Origin: Thermanaerothrix solaris
GTDB lineage: Bacteria > Chloroflexota > Anaerolineae > Anaerolineales > Anaerolineaceae
Assembly: GCF_032334255.1 (NCBI RefSeq)
Contig: NZ_JAUHMF010000001.1
Coordinates: 1,766,366 to 1,790,365, forward strand
Direction: 5' to 3'
Length of the DNA: 24,000 nucleotides
Shown here: in pieces, positions 17,774 through 23,940 of the stretch
Layout of the letters: each line of letters begins with the position of its first letter
How positions within the stretch are numbered: position 1 is the stretch's first letter
The notes under the pieces: generated by a model
The model's database searches: none
What the model saw: only the letters and a program-made list of their open reading frames with translations
What the model was told of the DNA's origin: nothing
Made by a program: the position numbers and the translations under genes

Positions 17774-18421
17774 ATGACTTCTCCTCAACCCCCATTGAAT
17801 GAGTGGTTGCGCCGTCCCCAGCGCTACTGGTACGCCGATGGCCTGACCGAGATGGCCGTGGGCGGTATCTTCCTGCTGGTAGCCCTGACCAACCTGGCGG
17901 CCTGGCTATTGCCGCCCGGGCCATGGCAAAATCTGACCCTGCCCATCTTACAGGCCTTGGTGATCATCGGCGGCGTCCAGGGCGCCCGTGCCCTGGTGCG
18001 CTATCTCAAAGAACGCATCACCTACCCCCGCACCGGTTGGGTGACCTACCGCCAACCCAGTTCCAGCCGCCGCTGGCTGTTAGCCGGCCTGACTTTTATC
18101 TTAGCCGCCAGTCTGGCCTTTTTGATGGTCGCACTGGGCAAGACGGTCGGCCAGCGGTGGCTGCCGTTGGTCAGTGGGTTTTTGATTGCATTTGCCACCG
18201 CTTCTGGCTGGCGTCTGCGCCTGGCGCGCTTGCTCATCCTCGCTCTTTACACCCTGGGCGTGGGAGTCGGCCTGACTCTACTGGCACCCCCTGATCCGCT
18301 CGATGCCGTTCTGTTTTTCAGCCTGGTGGGATTGGGTTGGTTGACCTCAGGTGGCTGGGCGCTCTGGACCTATCTGCGCCACACCCATCCATTAGATGAA
18401 GATAAGGCGGAGCACGCATGA
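17774..18421 (+). CDS. hypothetical polytopic membrane protein
   Basis: GTGAGGA ribosome-binding site. About 5-6 predicted TM helices. The stop overlaps the next start (ATGA). Confidence 0.7.
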   Translation: MTSPQPPLNEWLRRPQRYWYADGLTEMAVGGIFLLVALTNLAAWLLPPGPWQNLTLPILQALVIIGGVQGARALVRYLKERITYPRTGWVTYRQPSSSRRWLLAGLTFILAASLAFLMVALGKTVGQRWLPLVSGFLIAFATASGWRLRLARLLILALYTLGVGVGLTLLAPPDPLDAVLFFSLVGLGWLTSGGWALWTYLRHTHPLDEDKAEHA

Positions 18422-18735
18422 GCGCAACGCCCCGCTGGCAAGACTTGGATCGCCTGATCCATGAACCAGCGCGTTTGATGATCGTCACCCTGCTCTACGC
18501 GGTGGAAGAGGCCGATTTTCTTTACCTCTTACACGAAACCGGCCTGACCAAAGGTAACCTTTCCACCCATCTCAGCAAACTGGAAGAAGCCGGCTATGTG
18601 CGCATTACCAAGACATTCCGCGGCAAGATTCCGCGCACCCTGGTTGCGCTCACCCCAGAAGGGCGCCAGGCCTTTGAAACCTATCGCCAGCGCCTCAGCC
18701 ATCTGATCCACCCCCCGATCCAAGGAGACCCCTGA
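18418..18735 (+). CDS. winged-helix transcriptional regulator (HTH_34 / ArsR-MarR-like)
   Basis: LIHEPARLMIVTLLYAVEEADFLYLLHETGLTKGNLSTHLSKLEEAGYV matches the short winged-helix family often found before ABC-2 exporters. Confidence 0.8.
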   Translation: MSATPRWQDLDRLIHEPARLMIVTLLYAVEEADFLYLLHETGLTKGNLSTHLSKLEEAGYVRITKTFRGKIPRTLVALTPEGRQAFETYRQRLSHLIHPPIQGDP

Positions 18736-19679
18736 TGTTGGATTATGCCATTCGTACCGAACACTTGACTCGCACCTTTGGTTCCCTGCGCGCTGTGGAT
18801 GATCTCACCTTAGAGGTCCCGCGCGGGATCATCTTTGGTTTTCTCGGCCCCAACGGCGCCGGGAAGACCACCACCATCCGTCTTTTGCTGGGCTTACTGC
18901 CACCCAGTGCCGGCACGGCCTGCGTCCTGGGGTACGATGTGATCACTCAAGCCGATGCCATCCGTGCCCGCTGTGGGGCCCTGTTAGAACATCCCGGTCT
19001 CTACGAACGCCTAAGTGCTGAAGACAATCTGGAATTCTTTGCCCGCGTAGCGCGTCTGCCCCGCGGTGAACGCCAGGCACGCATTCGCCAACTGCTCACC
19101 GACCTGGGCTTGTGGGAACGCCGCCGTGAGACGGTCGCGACCTGGAGCCGCGGGATGAAGCAGAAACTGGCGATTGCCCGCGCCCTGCTCCACCGCCCGG
19201 ATTTACTGTTCCTGGATGAACCCACGGCCGGGTTAGATGCCGTATCGGCGGCGGCACTGCGCGAAGACCTGGCCAACCTGGCGCGTCAGGAAGGGATCAC
19301 CATTTTTCTTACCACCCACAACCTCAGCGAAGCAGAAAAACTCTGCCAGCAGGTCGCCGTGATTCGCTCTGGACGCCTGCTGGCGGTCGGCAGTCCGCAC
19401 GAGCTCCAGAAACGCCGCGGCGAGCAGGTGCGCCTGGTGGTGGATGGGCTTTCAGAGGCTGTGCTGGATGGCTTGCGCCTTTCCTTTGGGGTTGAAGTTA
19501 TCCATGCCTCCCCTGATAATGGGGACCTGGTGCTCAACCTGGGCGCGCAGACATCAGTCGCCCCGCTGGTCACCTACCTGGTGCAGCACGGGGTAGCCGT
19601 GGAAGAGGTTCAGCGCGAACGCGCCAGTTTAGAAGAGGTCTTTTTGAGTCTGGTTCAGGAGAACAACCATGTGGCATGA
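18735..19679 (+). CDS. ABC transporter ATP-binding protein (ABC-2/DrrA-like)
   Basis: Walker A GPNGAGKTT, signature SRGMKQKLAIA, Walker B LLFLDEPTAGLD, H-loop TTHN. Confidence 0.92.
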   Translation: MLDYAIRTEHLTRTFGSLRAVDDLTLEVPRGIIFGFLGPNGAGKTTTIRLLLGLLPPSAGTACVLGYDVITQADAIRARCGALLEHPGLYERLSAEDNLEFFARVARLPRGERQARIRQLLTDLGLWERRRETVATWSRGMKQKLAIARALLHRPDLLFLDEPTAGLDAVSAAALREDLANLARQEGITIFLTTHNLSEAEKLCQQVAVIRSGRLLAVGSPHELQKRRGEQVRLVVDGLSEAVLDGLRLSFGVEVIHASPDNGDLVLNLGAQTSVAPLVTYLVQHGVAVEEVQRERASLEEVFLSLVQENNHVA

Positions 19680-20400
19680 TTTACAAACCATGATTTGGAA
19701 AGAATGGAAGGAACTTTTTACCTCTCGGAGTACCGGGCGGGGCACCCTACTCTCCACGCTGATCATTCTCTTCGTCCTGGGGGTGTTCATGCCTTTACAA
19801 GTGGGTGAGGAGTGGTTTACCCAACCGCTCACCGTGGTGGTATGGGCCTGGATGCCCATTTTCCTCACGCTAGGGATGGTCACCGATTCCTTCGCCGGTG
19901 AACGCGAGCGCCACACACTGGAAACCCTACTGGCGACCCGCCTGCCCGATCTTGCCATTCTGTTGGGGAAGATTTTGTCCGCCGTGCTTTATGGCTGGGG
20001 GATAGCCATACTCAGTCTGCTGCTGGCGGCGTTGACCCTCAACCTCAGCTTGAAAGGCGGTCCGTACTTCTATGCGCCTGAATTTTTCGCCGCGGCATTG
20101 GGGTTCAGCCTGCTCAGTACGGTGCTGTTCGCGGCGCTCGGAGTGCTATCGTCACTGCGCGCGGCAACAGCCCGCCAGGCTTACCAGCGCTTGAGCCTGA
20201 TCCTGTTGGGGCTTTACTTCCTGCCGTTTATGATCCAGTTTCTCCCCACCGACCTGCGGGCGCGCATTCTTGAAGCCCTGATGGGCCTGGATTGGCGGGG
20301 AATGATGCTGGCGCTGGGCGGGGTGTTGGTGGTGCTGGATGTGGGGGTATTGGGGGTGTGCGTCCGGCGCTTCCAGCGCTCGCGCCTGCTGTTGGATTAG
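19669..20400 (+). CDS. ABC-2 type transporter permease
   Basis: 243 aa with about 6 TM helices. The start overlaps the ATPase stop by 11 nt. Confidence 0.8.
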   Translation: MWHDLQTMIWKEWKELFTSRSTGRGTLLSTLIILFVLGVFMPLQVGEEWFTQPLTVVVWAWMPIFLTLGMVTDSFAGERERHTLETLLATRLPDLAILLGKILSAVLYGWGIAILSLLLAALTLNLSLKGGPYFYAPEFFAAALGFSLLSTVLFAALGVLSSLRAATARQAYQRLSLILLGLYFLPFMIQFLPTDLRARILEALMGLDWRGMMLALGGVLVVLDVGVLGVCVRRFQRSRLLLD

Positions 20401-20596
20401 GTGCAGCCCAGGTCCACACGTTCGCCCAGACCTTTTTGGGAGATGCTTAAAAAGGGGAACTCGCCTTCGTCATCTGCAGCACTGCGTTAGTTCCACATTG
20501 AACCATGATCCCAATTTTATGGGTATTCACGGGTGGTTATGCCCCTCGGGGTGGGGAGGTTTTCCCCGGCCGCTTTGGGCGCGTCTTGCACCTGCA

Positions 20597-20624
20597 TTGA
20601 CACACCGCCCAGAATCGGTATAAT
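20597..20624 (+). promoter_or_regulatory. consensus sigma70 promoter for tRNA-Lys
   Basis: TTGACA (20597-20602), 16-nt spacer, TATAAT (20619-24), 25 nt upstream of the tRNA 5' end. Confidence 0.65.
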
Positions 20625-20648
20625 AAAGGATGCTGGACGAAGTGTTAC

Positions 20649-20721
<73 letters not shown>

Positions 20722-20759
20722 CCTCATAATTTGAACCTTATCAACCCGCAAGTTCTAAA

Positions 20760-20793
20760 CCCGTCAAGACGCCGGTTGACGGGCTTTGTTTTC
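20760..20793 (+). terminator. Rho-independent terminator after tRNA-Lys
   Basis: CCCGTCAA (20760-67) pairs with TTGACGGG (20776-83), followed by CTTTGTTTTC. Confidence 0.6.
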
Positions 20794-20805
20794 AAACCGG
20801 GAGAT

Positions 20806-20830
20806 GCCAGGGGTATCAAGTACCCCTGGC
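20806..20830. repeat. perfect 10-bp inverted repeat GCCAGGGGTA-N5-TACCCCTGGC
   Basis: Read directly. It lies 38 nt upstream of the tandem-HTH gene start, with no T-run after it. Confidence 0.5.
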
Positions 20831-20867
20831 AAGTCCCGTCAAAGGCCGCAGATTCCTGAAATCTCAA

Positions 20868-21338
20868 ATGGTTGCTCTTCCCACTCTAATCCCCCTTTCC
20901 GAAGCCGCCCGCAAGTATGGGCTGGACGAGGCTCGCTTGCGTGACTTGGTGGAGAAGGGTAAAATCCGAGCAGGAATATTCCCCGGTTCGGATGAGGTGC
21001 TCGTGAGCGAGGATGAGGTGAGAAGCGAAGCCATCCAGGAAAAAGGTCTCCGCAAAGAGGATTTGCCGGAGTATCAGAAGCACGCAGAAAAGCGTGGAAG
21101 GCCTATTTGGATTAGCGAGGCGGCGAGGAGATATGGTATTCCACACCAAACAATTATTCGGTGGGTTAAGTGTGGTTATATAAAACAATTGGGTGTAGAT
21201 AGAAACAAAGTTCTCATAGACGAGGCAGATATTGCTTATTGTTCTGAAATATACAAAAAACGCGGAAGACAAGGAAGAGTGTTATTCAACCCTGATGGAA
21301 CACCCTACAAACCAAAAACAGGTCCATTAGCCATGTAG
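20868..21338 (+). CDS. tandem helix-turn-helix DNA-binding protein (excisionase/MerR-type HTH x2)
   Basis: Two similar modules: LIPLSEAARKYGLDEARLRDLVEKGKIRAG...LVSEDEV and WISEAARRYGIPHQTIIRWVKCGYIKQLG...LIDEADI. AT-rich codon usage. No clear Shine-Dalgarno. Confidence 0.62.
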   Translation: MVALPTLIPLSEAARKYGLDEARLRDLVEKGKIRAGIFPGSDEVLVSEDEVRSEAIQEKGLRKEDLPEYQKHAEKRGRPIWISEAARRYGIPHQTIIRWVKCGYIKQLGVDRNKVLIDEADIAYCSEIYKKRGRQGRVLFNPDGTPYKPKTGPLAM

Positions 21339-21366
21339 CGGCAGAAAGCCGCTTTTTTTTATTTTT
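21337..21366 (+). terminator. Rho-independent terminator
   Basis: AGCGGC (21337-42), loop AGAAA, GCCGCT (21348-53), followed by TTTTTTTTATTTTT. It overlaps the TAG stop. Confidence 0.78.
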
Positions 21367-21369
21367 AAT

Positions 21370-21395
21370 CTGCACAAGTATTGACACTTGTGCAG
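21370..21395. promoter_or_regulatory. perfect 10-bp palindrome CTGCACAAGT-N6-ACTTGTGCAG overlapping the -35 box (candidate operator)
   Basis: Read directly. 21370-79 is the reverse complement of 21386-95. The TTGACA -35 box sits in the centre. Confidence 0.5.
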
Positions 21396-21410
21396 AATTT
21401 ATGTTATACT
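21381..21410 (+). promoter_or_regulatory. strong extended -10 sigma70 promoter
   Basis: TTGACA (21381-86), 18-nt spacer ending in TGt, then TATACT (21405-10). Confidence 0.62.
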
Positions 21411-21416
21411 CCTCAT

Positions 21417-22173
21417 AGCACCTTTCCAAACCACCTGCTAACTGCCCCGACAAATACAACGCCCCGCCGGGCGTTGTGCGCCCGACAGGGCGCTCCGTGA
21501 GCCGTGTGGGTGCACGCTCACGGTCGAGGCAAGCAAACCAACTGCTCACCTCATCTGCGATTGTAGCATGAGATGACAGCCCTCTGCAAGCCTCTCACAA
21601 GGAATGTGATTTGCAGAGGGCTTTGTGTTTCCCGTGCGGTGTTGGCTCAAAGCCTTTCAGGCGGCAGGTGCGTGAGGGCGGGTTCAAGTCCCGCCCGCCT
21701 GAATTCCGTTTTTGCCACGCTAACGTCGGCCGTGTAGGGAGGCGGGAGCGGGGCTGAGTCATCAGCACCTGGCGGGGCAAGGGACGGGGAGCCCTTGTCT
21801 GACGGAGCGGCAGGTGAGACCGGCGGAAGCCTGCCGGGGGACGTGACAGCCGGGAGAGACCGGCACATTCAGCACCTTACCAGTTGAGCATGATCCATCT
21901 CCAATCCAACCGCCGAAGGTGGGCAGGAGGCTCCCCGATCCTGCGGTGGGTGCAAGTCCCACCCGGTTGGACTGCCAAACCTGTCGGGGTCGTTGCCCCA
22001 ACAACGGGCAGGTGCAGCCCGGCGCACCCTGGCCAGCGCCGGGAAACAGGCAGGGTGACAGCCCGGAGAGACGGGCATGCAGAGGGGTTGGGGCTGAATC
22101 GGCCCAGCGAAGGCGAGGCAGACCCTCAAAGAGCCGGACGTGCGCGAGGGCAACCCCTCTGCCACTTCACCAC
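21417..22173 (+). ncRNA. candidate large structured non-coding RNA locus (unclassified; possibly more than one RNA)
   Basis: It lies between a consensus promoter and a tRNA. It has no credible ORF. It is GC-rich and holds at least 12 perfect stems of 5-12 bp, two T-loop hairpins, three TGACAGCC-hairpin units and a 12-bp long-range stem (22079-90 / 22151-62). Copies of the repeated hairpins differ only by compensatory pair changes. The ends are estimates. Confidence 0.5.
21578..21630 (+). terminator. terminator-like extended hairpin inside the RNA locus
   Basis: A 12-bp perfect stem AGCCCTCTGCAA (21578-89) / TTGCAGAGGGCT (21611-22) carries an inner stem TCACA-AGGAA-TGTGA and is followed by TTGTGTTT. 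Confidence 0.45.
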
Positions 22174-22245
22174 GCGGGAGTAGCTCAACGGAAGAGCGGC
22201 GGCGTCATGAGCCGCAGGGTGAGGGTTCGAATCCCTCTTCCCGTT
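22174..22245 (+). tRNA. tRNA with anticodon CAT (Met, or Ile2 if lysidine-modified), island-borne
   Basis: Manual cloverleaf: acceptor GCGGGAG/TTCCCGT (G1.U72 and G7.U66 wobbles), D arm GCTC-AACGGAA-GAGC, anticodon arm GCGGC-GTCATGA-GCCGC, variable AGGGT, T arm GAGGG-TTCGAAT-CCCTC. No encoded CCA. Confidence 0.7.
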
Positions 22246-22261
22246 CTGGGAGTGAGCAACC

Positions 22262-22777
22262 ATGAAAATCAGAATGCCGCTGGAAGAAGCCGAACGAATT
22301 GCGCTGAAATACGCCGAAATGCTTGCGCCAAAATGCGAGAGGGTCGAGATCGCCGGGAGTATTCGGCGGCGCAAGGCAGAGGTGGGAGACATTGAGATGG
22401 TGGCAAAGCCGCTGCCTGCGTTTGACCTGTTTGGCTCTCCGAATGGCTATCACGATCTTTCCATACCGTTACCAGCGGTCAAGGACGGGCAACGATACAA
22501 GCAGTACACCCTGCCCGAAGGAATACATCTTGACCTGTTCATCGTTTTACCCCCGGCACAATGGGGAGTAATCTTTGCTCTGCGCACCGGCGGAGCAGAG
22601 TTCTCTCGTAAACTGGTCACGGCGAAACGATACGGCGGTTACCTGCCGTCTGCTTACGTGGTGAGAGACGGCGCGGTTCATCGTGTTGATACCGGGGAGA
22701 TCATCCCTACCCCCGAAGAAATTGATTTTTTCAATCTCTGTGAACTGGGCTGGATCAAGCCCGAAGAGAGGAATTGA
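22262..22777 (+). CDS. minimal DNA polymerase X-family (Pol beta-like) nucleotidyltransferase, palm plus C-terminal subdomain only
   Basis: GSIRRRKAEVGDIEMV matches the G-S...D-x-(D/E) NTase motif. HLDLFIV supplies the third carboxylate. FALRTGGAEFSRKLVTAKRYG parallels LyFTGS..FN..lR..A...G of Pol X. The C-terminal PEEIDFFNLCELGWIKPEERN parallels the Pol X terminal sEeeIf..LGL.yIpPe.R motif. Confidence 0.72.
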   Translation: MKIRMPLEEAERIALKYAEMLAPKCERVEIAGSIRRRKAEVGDIEMVAKPLPAFDLFGSPNGYHDLSIPLPAVKDGQRYKQYTLPEGIHLDLFIVLPPAQWGVIFALRTGGAEFSRKLVTAKRYGGYLPSAYVVRDGAVHRVDTGEIIPTPEEIDFFNLCELGWIKPEERN

Positions 22778-22959
22778 ACATGCTCGAATCCGTGAGGTGA
22801 GAGATGAGAGAGACCTTTTTCGATCTGAAAGCCAAAGTGTTTCAAATCAAGCTCGGTCATTTCCTTCTTGTTATCTGGAAAACTGATTCCCGCTGGCGTT
22901 TTGCGATCTACATCGGCCACCGCCGGTTTGCCCATTAGAGGTGAGAAAGGAGGCGTGAT

Positions 22960-23346
22960 TTGAGGCGAGCCATTATCTTGACCCTCGTTCTAGTTCTTCT
23001 GGTCATCCAATCCTTGACGGCAATCGCGCAGTCCTCGGCGCCGGGAGCAACAGCGACGATGGAGGCGATTCGGGCGACCGAAGCGGCACGGTCGGCTCTG
23101 GGGATGGAAAAGGAATTGCCGGCAAATGATTTCACCCCGTTGGTGACATTCCTCATGGGGTTGGTGATGGCAGGGGTGGTGATGGCTCTGATGAGATCCG
23201 AAATTGTATCTGTGTTTTATCGAGGAAAACGTCCAGGATCACCAGCAGATCATCCGATTTCCACTGAAGGTGAGGCTGAGCGTCAAGAAGAGCCATTGGA
23301 ACTTCATAGAGGTAAATTCCATAAGAGCTTTCTTGAGGAGCGATGA
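22960..23346 (+). CDS. small secreted/membrane protein (signal peptide plus one TM helix)
   Basis: TTG start lies 6 nt after AAAGGAGG. Signal-like N-terminus (MRRAIILTLVLVLLVIQSLTAIAQS) and a later TM helix (LVTFLMGLVMAGVVMALM). The 3' third overlaps the convergent ORF. Confidence 0.5.
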   Translation: MRRAIILTLVLVLLVIQSLTAIAQSSAPGATATMEAIRATEAARSALGMEKELPANDFTPLVTFLMGLVMAGVVMALMRSEIVSVFYRGKRPGSPADHPISTEGEAERQEEPLELHRGKFHKSFLEER

Positions 23347-23767
23347 CCGGTTTAGGTTCAAGGGGAAAGCCATCGCAGTCTTGCTGGGCTGGAACGACGA
23401 GTTTTTGTGGTTTGTACTTTGTTTCTATCATATCGTAAAGGGCAATATTCCATCCTAGGAGGTGCTTAGAGTGATTGGTGATTTGTGGGAGCAATTCAAG
23501 GAACAGATAACCGGTAGCCCATGGGCGCTCACCAAGGCAATGATCCAGAACACGGGCCCGCAAAACCGCGAATTCCACCCCTTTAGCCGATGCTTTCTCA
23601 GGGTATAAGCCATGAGCTTGAGATAAGATGTAGGCCTGAAACGGCGGGGTGGGAGAGGGGCTAAAGGTAATGCGTGCAGAAGAAGTGATAGAAGCAAGCA
23701 ATGAATTGAATCCCATGCCAATTAGAAAGGAAGTGACGGTGAGAACAAGCAAAAATCGTCCTTTCAT
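23153..23767 (-). CDS. hypothetical secreted protein
   Basis: ATG at 23767. Signal-like N-terminus (MKGRFLLVLTVTSFLIGMGFNSLLA). No family confidently recognised. The 3' end overlaps the 22960..23346 ORF. Confidence 0.55.
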   Translation of the reverse strand: MKGRFLLVLTVTSFLIGMGFNSLLASITSSARITFSPSPTPPFQAYILSQAHGLYPEKASAKGVEFAVLRARVLDHCLGERPWATGYLFLELLPQITNHSKHLLGWNIALYDMIETKYKPQKLVVPAQQDCDGFPLEPKPVIAPQESSYGIYLYEVPMALLDAQPHLQWKSDDLLVILDVFLDKTQIQFRISSEPSPPLPSPTP

Positions 23768-23940
23768 TGGGGCAGATTCCTTTGTGTGTATTGGGATCAG
23801 ATCAACGTGATTCTATCCTCTCTTCTAAGACCCAATGCTATCACTAAATGAGAAAAGCGAAAGCCATTTTGCTAAAAGTCAATTGTGCTTTTTGTTAGTA
23901 ATCTTTGAAAAAGCCATTCACAAATTTCAAGGAGTGAACC

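Noticed and set aside
20411-20437. Possible terminator after the ABC permease (AGGTC-N14-GACCT-TTTT)
   Set aside because: It has only a 5-bp stem with a 14-nt loop, which is too weak to call without an energy calculation.
21656-21703. tmRNA or permuted-tmRNA tRNA-like domain
   Set aside because: The 5' and 3' acceptor strands are only about 40 nt apart. There is no tag-peptide-like reading frame ending in a hydrophobic ..LAA-stop, and no terminal CCA. The hairpin is better described as a T-loop minihelix within a larger RNA.
21918-22080. Possible cobalamin riboswitch (GGTGCAAGTCC hairpin; GGACTGCCAAACCTGTCGGGG vaguely like E. coli btuB GGACACUGCCAUUCGGUGGGAAG; AGCCCGGAGAGACGGGCA vaguely B12-box-like)
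   Set aside because: Not adopted. I cannot find the conserved AGGGAA...GGUG core or GCCACUG. The motif set is duplicated in tandem. The downstream genes (tRNA, Pol X) are not B12-related. The resemblance is real enough that a cmscan with the cobalamin model should be run. A significant hit would reclassify modules 1 and 2.
21647-22395. Tracked ORFs in the RNA locus (21647..21868-, 21762..22004-, 21869..22165-, 21884..22183+, 21919..22395+)
   Set aside because: They overlap one another on both strands. They have Arg/Pro/Gly/Cys-rich composition and no ribosome-binding sites. One runs through the tRNA and into the Pol X-like gene. This is typical of spurious ORFs in GC-rich structured RNA.
22678-22935. 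85-aa minus-strand ORF after the Pol X-like gene
   Set aside because: No Shine-Dalgarno: the upstream sequence is the complement of the neighbouring + strand ribosome-binding site. Its last 100 nt are antisense to the Pol X-like C-terminus, and no family was recognised. It was left unannotated, but a small gene cannot be excluded.
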